A stretch of DNA of 33,467 nt from Elusimicrobiota bacterium (lineage in GTDB: Bacteria; Elusimicrobiota; Elusimicrobia; Elusimicrobiales; UBA9959). A model generated the notes under the pieces. That model made no database searches and had not been told where the DNA came from. It saw only the letters and a program-made list of their open reading frames with translations. Of the stretch, positions 1 through 8,827 are shown piece after piece (positions within the stretch are counted from its first letter, which is position 1; the number at the start of each line of letters is the position of its first letter). The position numbers and the translations under genes are program-made. The DNA lies in the NCBI GenBank assembly GCA_030637365.1, contig DAOWGR010000088.1, positions 1-33,467 of the forward strand. Reading direction: 5' to 3'.

Positions 1-2
1 AA

Positions 3-209
3 AAGCTTATTGTGGCGGCGGATATTCCCTCGGGCCTAAGTCCCGATACGGGCCATCATAGCGGCGTTTTTATTATGGCAAAACACACTTTTACTTTGGG
101 TTTTCCCAAAACCGGACTTATGGCGGCTCACGCTCAAAAAAATATAGGAAAGCTTAAAGTGATAGATATAGGCTATCCACAAGGATTATTGGAAGAAGCT
201 CGCGTTTAA
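3..209 (+). CDS. nnrE: NAD(P)H-hydrate epimerase (YjeF N-terminal domain), 3' part only; truncated by window edge
   Basis: The frame is open from position 3: KLIVAADIPSGL...HTFTLGFPKTGL...GKLKVIDIG. This matches the end of the YjeF_N domain, and the stop follows the domain. Confidence 0.8.
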   Translation, partial: KLIVAADIPSGLSPDTGHHSGVFIMAKHTFTLGFPKTGLMAAHAQKNIGKLKVIDIGYPQGLLEEARV

Positions 210-220
210 AATCATATGTT

Positions 221-637
221 ATGAATATAATAATCGCCGATGATGATGAAAATTTGCTTTCAATGATTGTTCCTCATTTGAAATTTCTCGGACATAAGGT
301 GTCTTGTGTTTCAAACGGAGAAGAGCTTTTAAAAAAAGTTAAAGAAATTAAAGCCGATCTTATAATAACCGATATCAATATGCCGAATATGGACGGAAAA
401 GAAACTTTTAAAAAATTACGCGGCATGGTTGAATACGCGGATGTTCCCGTTATAATTTGGAGCGGCATTGAAATAAAAGAAGGCGAAGATATCGCGTTTT
501 CAAAGAAAAATGTGAAATTTATGAAAAAACCTTTCGGCCTTGCCGTTCTTGAAACCGCGATAAAAGAGCTTGCCGCCGCGCCCAAAATAATGGATGATTT
601 TGAATCTTTCGGCGATATTTCTCAAATCAAAGAATAA
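221..637 (+). CDS. Single-domain response regulator (receiver only)
   Basis: Motifs IIIADDD, DLIITDINMPNMDG (phosphoacceptor Asp) and KKPF; no output domain. Confidence 0.9.
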   Translation: MNIIIADDDENLLSMIVPHLKFLGHKVSCVSNGEELLKKVKEIKADLIITDINMPNMDGKETFKKLRGMVEYADVPVIIWSGIEIKEGEDIAFSKKNVKFMKKPFGLAVLETAIKELAAAPKIMDDFESFGDISQIKE

Positions 638-639
638 CA

Positions 640-795
640 AGTACAACCCTTAGGATTGTACTGGTCTCAAGTCACATGTCACCAGTCACAAGTAAAAAAA
701 ATCGTAAACCATGTCGGTTTTGGATGACTGGGATTTCGAAGGTTTACTCGGATATTTTAAAAAACCAATACAACCCGTCGGGTTGTACCGGTTTT
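640..795. repeat. Two related short palindromes (640-662 and 761-795) plus a degenerate heptamer run
   Basis: agtacaacccttaggattgtact and aaaaccaatacaacccgtcgggttgtaccggtttt share the core tacaaccc-NNN-gg(a/g)ttgtac. The run gtcacat/gtcacca/gtcacaa lies at ~671-691. Confidence 0.6.
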
Positions 796-846
796 CTATC
801 AGACTGCCAAATTTTAAAGCGTTAACTAATCTCTTACCCCTCTGCC

Positions 847-1605
847 CTATCCTCTATTTGTTTTCAGTTCTTTATTCAATTTTACGGACATTTCAATGAT
901 ATGCCGCCTGAATTGAGGCTGTTTTTTTTCTATGAGTGGAAGAAGAGTTTTTCTTATCCAATTTCTGGTATATTTCTCATCTTCATTGGTTTTATCTTTT
1001 CTTGAAGAAAGTTTATGGTTTTTTATATAGGCCAATATCTCCCCGCGAGTAATCGCCATAAGCGGCCTTATGGCATAAATCTTTTTAGAGGCTTTTTTCC
1101 ATAGAATTCTTTTTATGGGTATACCAAGCAAACCTTTTGGATTGGTTCCTCTTATTAAATTGAGTAGAACCGTTTCTATATTATCGTCCGAATGATGAGC
1201 GGTCGCTATGATGGAGCAATTCTTTTTTTTCGCCGTTTGAATTAAAAAATCATATCGCGCGAGCCTTGCCGCGTGTTCAAGGCTTGTTTTTTTCTTTTTG
1301 GCCAAAAGGGGAACATCAATTTTTTTACTTATGGTTTCAATATCGTATTGTAGTCCGAGTTTTTTTACAAAAGTTTCGTCCATATCCGCGTTTTTACCGC
1401 GAAGCATATGATTTATATGGCAGATACAAAGATTGATATTTCTTTTTTTTGAATGCTTGGCGAAAAAATCCAGCATCATTATGGAATCCGGTCCGCCCGA
1501 TATCGCGAGTAATATATTGTCGCCTTTTTTTAAAAGCGAATATTTTTTGGAGTTTGAATTTATCTTGTCTAAAATTTTAAGCGTGAGAGACTTGTTGCCG
1601 GCCAT
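847..1605 (-). CDS. tilS: tRNA(Ile)-lysidine synthetase, short form
   Basis: PP-loop AISGGPDS, HINHMLRG, AARLARY, TAHHSDDNIET, IRPL, DKTN..YTRNWIR. Likely start is the ATG at 1605 (MAGNKS), not the ORF-track start at 1701. Confidence 0.92.
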   Translation of the reverse strand: MAGNKSLTLKILDKINSNSKKYSLLKKGDNILLAISGGPDSIMMLDFFAKHSKKRNINLCICHINHMLRGKNADMDETFVKKLGLQYDIETISKKIDVPLLAKKKKTSLEHAARLARYDFLIQTAKKKNCSIIATAHHSDDNIETVLLNLIRGTNPKGLLGIPIKRILWKKASKKIYAIRPLMAITRGEILAYIKNHKLSSRKDKTNEDEKYTRNWIRKTLLPLIEKKQPQFRRHIIEMSVKLNKELKTNRG

Positions 1606-1701
1606 ATTATAATTATACAAATATAGAGAGAGCGTAAAAGCAGAGGTATTTCTGATGCGATATTTAATATAATTTAAAAGCCAATTCAATTGGGGAGTCA
1701 A

Positions 1702-2850
1702 ATGAATATAAAGAATATTAAATTTTCAGCGGAAAAGATAAGAAACAGTTTTATCCCTTTTTTGGTTTTTATCGCTTTAATTCAGAATTTAATTGTTTCA
1801 TGGCAGGTATTTTCCAAAATCCCGCTTTCAGATCCCGCTTCATATCCTGAAATAGCCAAGGCTTCAAAATTTTTTTATGATACCGGCATAAGGGAGCCCG
1901 TTCAGATATACATTGTAAAATTTTTCATGCTTTTTGGCTTAAATGATGTTTTAAGCGTAAGAGTCGCCACCACGGCAATAGTTGTTTTTTTTGGAGTTTT
2001 ATTGGTTAGGCTTGTTTTTAAAAGATATGGTTTCACAGTCGCTATGGTCGCGGGATTTGTTTTCGCGATCAATCCGTTTGTGGGCTATTATGGCGTTCAG
2101 GGCGTAAATAATCTTACAAGCGGATTTTTTCTGATGCTTTTTGTATATTTTCTCACCAAAAAAGAATATATTCGCGGAAATTTAATTTATACGGCCTTGT
2201 TCGCCGCTTTAAGCATGCTGACAAGGCTTGAAAATATATTGATTATTTTTTTAATTTTAGCGTCTTTTGTTTTGATAAATTTTTCAAAAACCAAACTAAG
2301 ATTTTCTCTACTGGTATTTGCTTTCGCGTTTATCGCGGTTTTGCCCTATCCTTTGCATCAGGCTTACAAATATAAAAGTCCCATCCATTCCCATAATCTG
2401 GCGGCCAGATTTTGGGTCAATACCGAAAAAAACGGACCGCAATCCGCTCAGCGGTATAAAGACGGTCCCATGAGCATAAGCGGTTTTTTATTTAGAGGCG
2501 GCGCTTGCGGCGCGGCATTGTCTTTGTGTAAAGGGTATTTTAAAAGCGGTTTTCATTACTTGCCGAGACTTTTGTATTATAAAGTCGCTTTTTTCTTATT
2601 TATTTTTGGCTTTATCGTGATATTGTTAAGAAAAGAATATTTTTTGGCGAGCCTGCTTCCCATAATGATATTGCCGGTGGTTTTCATAGCCGGTATTGAC
2701 CAGATTTCCAAGGGAAGCGGCATAGAGCTCAGATTTTATATTAATGCGCTTTGGTTGTTGGGAATTTACGCGGGGTTTGGCGTGAATACCGCCGCGATGT
2801 ATGCCAAGCAAAAATTTGAAAAGCTTGCGGCAAAAAAACAAATTAATTGA
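1702..2850 (+). CDS. Multi-pass membrane glycosyltransferase, GT-C (ArnT/PMT-like)
   Basis: Many hydrophobic segments, a 'SDPASY...REP' first loop, 'AINP' and 'LTRLE' motifs. ATG 1702 is preceded by GGGGAG. Confidence 0.6.
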   Translation: MNIKNIKFSAEKIRNSFIPFLVFIALIQNLIVSWQVFSKIPLSDPASYPEIAKASKFFYDTGIREPVQIYIVKFFMLFGLNDVLSVRVATTAIVVFFGVLLVRLVFKRYGFTVAMVAGFVFAINPFVGYYGVQGVNNLTSGFFLMLFVYFLTKKEYIRGNLIYTALFAALSMLTRLENILIIFLILASFVLINFSKTKLRFSLLVFAFAFIAVLPYPLHQAYKYKSPIHSHNLAARFWVNTEKNGPQSAQRYKDGPMSISGFLFRGGACGAALSLCKGYFKSGFHYLPRLLYYKVAFFLFIFGFIVILLRKEYFLASLLPIMILPVVFIAGIDQISKGSGIELRFYINALWLLGIYAGFGVNTAAMYAKQKFEKLAAKKQIN

Positions 2851-2958
2851 TTTGCCGCAAGCTCGCGACAGTGCTTTATGGCGCAAATATTTTGTATTAT
2901 TATTGTAATGGTCCGATTGTAAGGCTTTTATTTGCCGATTCGGCTAAAGGGGAAAGTT

Positions 2959-3912
2959 GTGAAGATAAATTTGAATAAATGCAAATTTATAGCGGTTATA
3001 ACCGTCCTTTTTTTAATTCCTTTTCTCATAATGAGCAATCATTTTCTTAATGGCGCTAAAAAAATGGTTGAGAGGAATGCTTTAGAGCGCATGAGTCTTA
3101 GGACAAGAGCTGTTTCAAAAGTGGTTTCCGGCGTATTAAATTCAAATTATGAAATTTTTAGAATCGCGAACACCGAAAAGTTTGTAAATCTTTCCAACTC
3201 GGGAAGAAAAAAGCTTCTTAAAGAGGGAATGGAAAAGCATAAGGGTGTTTACAGGGGGTTCGCTGTTTTTACTCCGACTTGCAAAAAAATATTCTCTATC
3301 GGAGATATTGGCGATTATGATTGTTCAAAAAACGGGCTTTTAAAAAAAGCCGTTTTATCCGAAATGTCGGTTGGGGCGGTGGAATACTCAAAAGATGAGC
3401 CATGCTTTTTGGTTATGGCTGAGCCTATATTTGCCGGTAAACCAAAAAAAACCGGACTAATCGCGTTTGGAAGAATAAATCTGGCGCCTTTAAATAATAT
3501 CATAAGATCGTTTGGAAAAAAATCTCGCAGTGAGCTTGGGATTGCTGACGCCGGAGGACGAATCATAAGCGATTCCACCGGCAGGGCGATAATAAAACCC
3601 GGTATTAGGATTTCCGATGAAATAATCAAAATTATAAATTCTTCTTTAAGACGAGGAATTCGAAATTCAAGTTCACAAATTAAGATGAAGGACAAAATAA
3701 ATTTGGTGGCGGTTTCAAGCGTGCCGGGAACAAAATGGTGGGTTTACGAAAAGATAAATTCTTCCAGTTTGCTTGATTATTCTTTTTGGGCCAAGAAAAT
3801 TATTTATAGCGGCGTTGTTTTAATTATCATATTCGCTTTTGTTTCTCATGAGCTTGCCAAAATATGGCTTGTTCCCAAGAAACTGCAGGTCAAGACCGAG
3901 ATTAAGGCTTAG
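2959..3912 (+). CDS. Membrane protein with a periplasmic dCache-like domain and no cytoplasmic output domain
   Basis: N-terminal TM; Cache-like motifs (LVMAEPIF...GRINL, IADAGGRII, VAVSSVPGTKWWV); second TM; short tail. GTG 2959 follows AAGGGG. Confidence 0.6.
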   Translation: MKINLNKCKFIAVITVLFLIPFLIMSNHFLNGAKKMVERNALERMSLRTRAVSKVVSGVLNSNYEIFRIANTEKFVNLSNSGRKKLLKEGMEKHKGVYRGFAVFTPTCKKIFSIGDIGDYDCSKNGLLKKAVLSEMSVGAVEYSKDEPCFLVMAEPIFAGKPKKTGLIAFGRINLAPLNNIIRSFGKKSRSELGIADAGGRIISDSTGRAIIKPGIRISDEIIKIINSSLRRGIRNSSSQIKMKDKINLVAVSSVPGTKWWVYEKINSSSLLDYSFWAKKIIYSGVVLIIIFAFVSHELAKIWLVPKKLQVKTEIKA

Positions 3913-4076
3913 AAGAGCAGAGAGAGGCAAGATTTGTAAGGATATTCCTTGCAAATTTGATTTCTTACCTCTTTTTGTTATTCGTATTATTAGGTCTTGA
4001 TCTCAGTTTATATTGGGTCATAGGTTGCTTGCCAATTAGTGTATTGCTACTAATATATATAAATAGGATAGAGTTT

Positions 4077-6062
4077 ATGCGATATAAATTTTTTCAAAAT
4101 ATTCTGTTTTTTTGTCTTTTTTGCGGATTTTCAAATAACGCGTTTGCCATTAATGATTTGGAGTCCCGGCGAAGTGAAGCCTCCGTGGTTTTTGACGGCG
4201 GCGCGGCGGTTTTTGAAGATTTGTCCGGCTTCAAGTCGGATTTAAAATATTCCCAGCAAAATTATATTTCAGAGCTTCGCCAAGTAATGTCGGCGGGCCG
4301 TTGGAATGGCAGCACTCCCGCTATAAGGCATTTTCAATTTAAACACAGTGAAGAGGGGTGGAACGCGCAAGCTCAAAGTGTCGGTCTCGAAGGGTTTTTT
4401 TGGACAAAAAGGGAGCTTGAAAACAAATACGGCCCAGATAAGTTTATTCATCAGGTTGACGGTTATTTTACATATTTGGAGCATTTGCTTTCTCCCGTTG
4501 CATGGACAAAAGAATTCAGGGAGGACTTGGCCGAGCTTAAAAAGTCCGACCTTAATGTATATGAGAAAAATGACAAATTGAATCTTATTTTGGAGCGTTA
4601 TATTAAAGGGCTTCAGGAAAATATGGAGAAATATGACAGCGCGGGGTGGATTAAAAAAGCGAGGATTTATGAATTGTTTCCGCGCGCTTATAATACCGCC
4701 GGCAGACGAAACGCCGATGGGTTTAAGTCTCCTTCAAATTCCGATAAAACGCTGTTTTTTAAGGATTTCGCCATATCCGATTTTGATGTGATTAAAAGGA
4801 TGGGTTTTGATGTTGTGTGGCCCATGGGCATATTGCCGATAGGGAAAAGAGGACAGACCGGAACGGGCGGCGGTTCGCCTTATTCCATAAGCGATCATTC
4901 CACCGTTAATCCTGATTTGGGCACGGAAGAAGATTTTAAAAATTTTGTTAAAAAAGCGCATATGGCGGGTTTGAAAGTTATAATTGATTTTGTTGTTAAT
5001 CATACATCGCTTGATTCAAAGCTTTTGCATGAAGACCCGGATTATTTTATTAATTTTCGTTATGACGGAGCTTGTCCGAGAGACGGGTATTTTGAGCATT
5101 ATTGTAAAGGGCAAAAATATTGCGTGAATAACGGAGGTTTTGAGTATGGCGGAGGCGTGTCCACTTGGATTGACACCGCTCAGGTAAATTACGGCAATGA
5201 AAAACTCAGAGGCCGAATGACTCAAATACTCAAGGGTTGGGTGTCCAAATTTGATATTGACGGGTTCAGGGTTGATATGGCGCATCTTGATTTGAATAAT
5301 GTTTTTTCGCGAACATGGCAAAAAAGCATGCCGCATGAAGAATTTTACAGGCCGATGATAAGAGAAGTTAAGTCGGCAAAAGCTTCGGTCGCTTTTGTGG
5401 CGGAAGCCTATTCTTTTCAGGAAGATTTGTCGGCTTGCGGTTTTGACGCTATTTACAGCAAATATGAAATGGGCCGGCCCGAGGGCCAAACAGGCTGGTA
5501 TGAAACGAGCGCGAGCGGAAACAGCTATGAGATTGGGAGTTCCATAAACAGAGTGGCGTTTCTCGCGTGGCAAAACGGCGGCGCGGGATCGGTTGTTTTC
5601 GTGGGCAATCATGATGAGCCCGCTCCCGAGACGGTGTACGGCAAGAGGCTTCCGGCCGCTCTTATGATGACTATGCTGATGCCAAGTTCTATAATGGTTT
5701 ATTCGGGCGCTGAGATAGGATATAATGCCGCGATTGCCACGGAACATAAGCCATTGCCTTTTAGCGTGCCCACTGAAATTGATTGGAGCGAGGGCGAAGC
5801 TTGGGTTAAGGAAACTTACCTGAATGTATTTTCAATTTCAAATAAGATAAGAAATGAAATGGGCGATTATGATATTAAACCTCTCTGGCCGAAAGATGGC
5901 GGGCAATGGTCCGGCTATATGATGATATCCAAATCAAAGCCCGATTTGAAAAAAGCCGTTATAGGAAATATAACATGGAATTCCGCCGCGGTTTATCTTC
6001 CGGAATTTCAAATAAATCTGAATCTTGAGCCCGGCGAGTACAAAATAGTGAGCCTTAAGTAG
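4077..6062 (+). CDS. Secreted GH13 alpha-amylase-family glycoside hydrolase
   Basis: Signal peptide MRYKFF...NAFA; GSPYSI, DFVVNHT, GFRVDMAH, AEAY, NHDE. Likely start is ATG 4077. Confidence 0.85.
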   Translation: MRYKFFQNILFFCLFCGFSNNAFAINDLESRRSEASVVFDGGAAVFEDLSGFKSDLKYSQQNYISELRQVMSAGRWNGSTPAIRHFQFKHSEEGWNAQAQSVGLEGFFWTKRELENKYGPDKFIHQVDGYFTYLEHLLSPVAWTKEFREDLAELKKSDLNVYEKNDKLNLILERYIKGLQENMEKYDSAGWIKKARIYELFPRAYNTAGRRNADGFKSPSNSDKTLFFKDFAISDFDVIKRMGFDVVWPMGILPIGKRGQTGTGGGSPYSISDHSTVNPDLGTEEDFKNFVKKAHMAGLKVIIDFVVNHTSLDSKLLHEDPDYFINFRYDGACPRDGYFEHYCKGQKYCVNNGGFEYGGGVSTWIDTAQVNYGNEKLRGRMTQILKGWVSKFDIDGFRVDMAHLDLNNVFSRTWQKSMPHEEFYRPMIREVKSAKASVAFVAEAYSFQEDLSACGFDAIYSKYEMGRPEGQTGWYETSASGNSYEIGSSINRVAFLAWQNGGAGSVVFVGNHDEPAPETVYGKRLPAALMMTMLMPSSIMVYSGAEIGYNAAIATEHKPLPFSVPTEIDWSEGEAWVKETYLNVFSISNKIRNEMGDYDIKPLWPKDGGQWSGYMMISKSKPDLKKAVIGNITWNSAAVYLPEFQINLNLEPGEYKIVSLK

Positions 6063-6151
6063 TTTTATTTGGCGGTATTTGGGGAAAAAGTAATTATTAT
6101 AGTTTTAAAGAAAATTTGCTAATCGCGATACGTGCCGTATTGGAGGTTGTT

Positions 6152-7642
6152 TTGCTTCGTTCAAATCCTCATTTAATAGAAATTAACGCGAGACTTTGGA
6201 TAAATCAGCTTAGGAAGAAATATTCGGAAGATATAACTCTTTCAACTATTCCCGAAGAAGAATTATTGAAAATTAAGCATTTGGGTTTTGACATAATTTG
6301 GCTTATGGGCGTATGGGGGCCAAGTCCCCAATCGGCTGAAATAGCCAAGAAAGAGCCGGAACTTATAAAAATCGCGAAAGAAATTATTCCTGAATTTAGT
6401 CCGGATAAAATAGGAGCGTCTCCTTATTCCATTTTTGAATATAAGCTCAATGAAGATTTGGGTTTTGAATGGGAAATTAAGGCGCTTAAAGAAAGATTAA
6501 ATTCTTTAGGCATTGGTTTGTTTCTTGATTTTGTTTCAAATCATATGGCAAAAGATAATCCTTTTATTAAAGAATGTCCCGAATGTTTTGTAAGCGCGAG
6601 CGCCGAAGATTACGCTGCGCGCCCCGATCAATTTTTTGTTTTTGAGACAAACGGCGAAAAAAAAAATATCGCTTACGGCAGAGACCCCAATTTCCCGCCA
6701 TGGACCGATACGGCTCAGCTTAATTTTTTTAATGCTCGCGCGAGAGAGAAGATGCTTCAATTTTTAATGGATATAGCCGATATGTCCGACGGCGTTCGCT
6801 GCGATATGGTGATGCTGACATTGAATGATATTTATGAAGGGACATGGGGCTGGCTTTTAAATAAAGAGGGGCTTCAAAAACCCGGCAATGAATTTTGGGC
6901 CCAAGCCATAAAAAAAGTTAAGCGGAAATATCCCAAATTTATTTTTATCGCGGAAGTTTATTGGGGGCTTGAATGGCGTTTCCAGAATATGGGTTTTGAT
7001 TATACCTATGATAAAATAATTTATGATCGTTTAAGAAACAGCGACTGTGATAATATCCGAGGGCATTTGAGAGCCGAAAAATTATATCAAAAGCGTTCGG
7101 TCAGATTTATAGACAATCATGATGAAGTGTCTTCAATTAAATCGTTCGGCAGGGAAAAGGCTTTCGCGGCGGCCGTTATAATGTCAACGATTAAAGGGCT
7201 TAGGTTTTATCAGGACGCGCAATTGGACGGAGAGATTGTTAAAGTGCCCGTGCAAGTCCTTGATTATGATTGTCCGGTGGATTTGGGCGCGAGAAAATTT
7301 TACGAGAAACTTCTTAAAATAGTTGATCATCCCGCCTTTCACGGCGGAGAATGGAATTTGCTTGAAGTTAATCGTTCCCATCCGGAAAATAAAAGCAATA
7401 TTAATATTTTAAGCTGGTCGTGGTCGCAGATGAGAACGGTTAAAATTGTAATTGTTAATTATTCCCAGGAGACTTCATCGGGAATAGTAAGAACCAAGAT
7501 TAAATCTTCCGAGGATAATACGGCATTGTTTGAAGAATTGTCCGGCAGATTCATTTCATTTAATTCAAGTGATATACAGGACGGTCTTAAAATGGAAAAT
7601 ATGCCGCCGTATTCGGCCTATATTCTGGATATGGAGTTCTGA
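6152..7642 (+). CDS. Cytoplasmic GH13 alpha-amylase-family protein
   Basis: IWLMGVW, ASPYSI, DFVSNH, GVRCDM, AEVYW, NHDE; no signal peptide. TTG 6152 follows GGAGG. Confidence 0.87.
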   Translation: MLRSNPHLIEINARLWINQLRKKYSEDITLSTIPEEELLKIKHLGFDIIWLMGVWGPSPQSAEIAKKEPELIKIAKEIIPEFSPDKIGASPYSIFEYKLNEDLGFEWEIKALKERLNSLGIGLFLDFVSNHMAKDNPFIKECPECFVSASAEDYAARPDQFFVFETNGEKKNIAYGRDPNFPPWTDTAQLNFFNARAREKMLQFLMDIADMSDGVRCDMVMLTLNDIYEGTWGWLLNKEGLQKPGNEFWAQAIKKVKRKYPKFIFIAEVYWGLEWRFQNMGFDYTYDKIIYDRLRNSDCDNIRGHLRAEKLYQKRSVRFIDNHDEVSSIKSFGREKAFAAAVIMSTIKGLRFYQDAQLDGEIVKVPVQVLDYDCPVDLGARKFYEKLLKIVDHPAFHGGEWNLLEVNRSHPENKSNINILSWSWSQMRTVKIVIVNYSQETSSGIVRTKIKSSEDNTALFEELSGRFISFNSSDIQDGLKMENMPPYSAYILDMEF

Positions 7643-7742
7643 AGCAGTACAACAGCGCGGCAGCGATACAGTGTGGCAGTGTAACAGAGATTTATTATTA
7701 AAAACAATAAAAGTTGTTGGTTTTTTTTGCATAGTTTACTTA

Positions 7743-7868
7743 TTGGGTCATGTTAGTTGTATTTACACGCATGACCAAGGTCTCCTAGAGGTCGTCTTTC
7801 CGTATCTCCCCCGCCCGAATGCCCAAGTCGGGCTCCGAACGGCCATGCTTAGCAAACACAACTACCAT
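7743..7868 (-). other. Structured intergenic element (candidate ncRNA or MITE-like hairpin)
   Basis: 7754-7766 pairs with 7852-7864, and 7769-7776 pairs with 7841-7848. The mismatches become G-U pairs only on the minus strand. A nested palindrome lies at 7811-7842. Confidence 0.45.
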
Positions 7869-7954
7869 TCCTTTATCTATAATTATTTTTTTGTAGTAAG
7901 TGCCCCACCCTATTGAGGATAAATTTGAATTACCCCAGCCTAAATAAGGAATAC

Positions 7955-8704
7955 TTAGACTTCTCTGGCGAGGGTAAACGCCGCCACTTTGCGCGCCCCG
8001 GCTTTTTTTAGCGTTTTCGCGAGTTCCTCAAGCGTGTTTCCCGTTGTGGCGACATCATCAATCAATATTATATTTTTTCCTTTTATGAGTTTTGGTTTCA
8101 AAGCGCTGAACGCTCCGGAAATATTGGTTTTTCTGGCCTCTTTATTTAAGGTTGCTTGAGGTTTGGTGTTTTTGACGCGGATAACGGCGTCTTTTATAAC
8201 TTCAAAATCTTTTTTTTCGGCTATGATATCGGCCAATAAGTCGCTTTGATTAAAACCTCTTTGAGCCAATTTTTTTCGCGCGAGCGGCACAGGCAATAAA
8301 AAACTGAAATCTTTAAATTCGGAATTTGTTTTTAATGTTTCTCTCATCCATAAGCCGAGTGTTTTTGAGAGATAAGGCTTGCAATTATATTTATATTCAT
8401 GAATAGCGGAACGCATGGGTTCATTGAAAATAAAGGCCGATCTTATAAAAGAGCATTTCGGCTTTATTTTCAGCTTTTTGCAGGGATAACAATGCATCTC
8501 TGAATCTATGGGTTTGCCGCATTTGGCGCAGAAAAAGCCGCTTATTTGTTTTAGCTGCCGGAGGCAAGCCAGGCATAAAATATTTTCATTTAAATGATGA
8601 ATATCATTTTTGCAATGCAGGCATATTCTGGGAAAAAGAATGTTTATGAAGAATTTCAAAAAATTTGAATGAAACACTTTGTTTGTAATTTTTTTTATAT
8701 TCAT
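7955..8704 (-). CDS. comF: ComF family protein (zinc ribbon + phosphoribosyltransferase-like domain)
   Basis: CxxC motifs, PVPL...RGFNQS, IILIDDVATTGNTL. Likely start is ATG 8704. Confidence 0.9.
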   Translation of the reverse strand: MNIKKITNKVFHSNFLKFFINILFPRICLHCKNDIHHLNENILCLACLRQLKQISGFFCAKCGKPIDSEMHCYPCKKLKIKPKCSFIRSAFIFNEPMRSAIHEYKYNCKPYLSKTLGLWMRETLKTNSEFKDFSFLLPVPLARKKLAQRGFNQSDLLADIIAEKKDFEVIKDAVIRVKNTKPQATLNKEARKTNISGAFSALKPKLIKGKNIILIDDVATTGNTLEELAKTLKKAGARKVAAFTLAREV

Positions 8705-8752
8705 CGCGCTTGTTTGCAATGCTGTTTCGTATTTATTCTATTTCTTGCTTCT

Positions 8753-8811
8753 CCCGCCACTAAAGCCCTCCACTGCGGCTTTGGCGGGTCCGCCGAAGAA
8801 GTAATGGCGGA
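8753..8811. repeat. Tandem GC-rich REP-like palindromes
   Basis: cccgcca...tggcggg is followed by tccgccgaagaagtaatggcgga. The latter is a 20/21 reverse-complement match to 15530-15550. Confidence 0.65.
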
Positions 8812-8827
8812 GATTTTTGTTTCTTAA

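Noticed and set aside
711-899. 62-aa ORF between the response regulator and tilS
   Set aside because: Overlaps the tilS 3' end, crosses a palindromic repeat and lacks a clear RBS.
5016-5747. 243-aa minus-strand ORF
   Set aside because: Entirely antisense to the well-supported GH13 gene.
7743-7868. Integron attC site, SRP RNA or tRNA
   Set aside because: No RYYYAAC...GTTRRRY ends in the proper order, no SRP apical motif, no cloverleaf or T-loop, and no integrase nearby.
7530-7916. 128-aa ORF overlapping the GH13 end
   Set aside because: Overlaps a real gene in another frame and runs through repeats and the hairpin element; no protein-like features.
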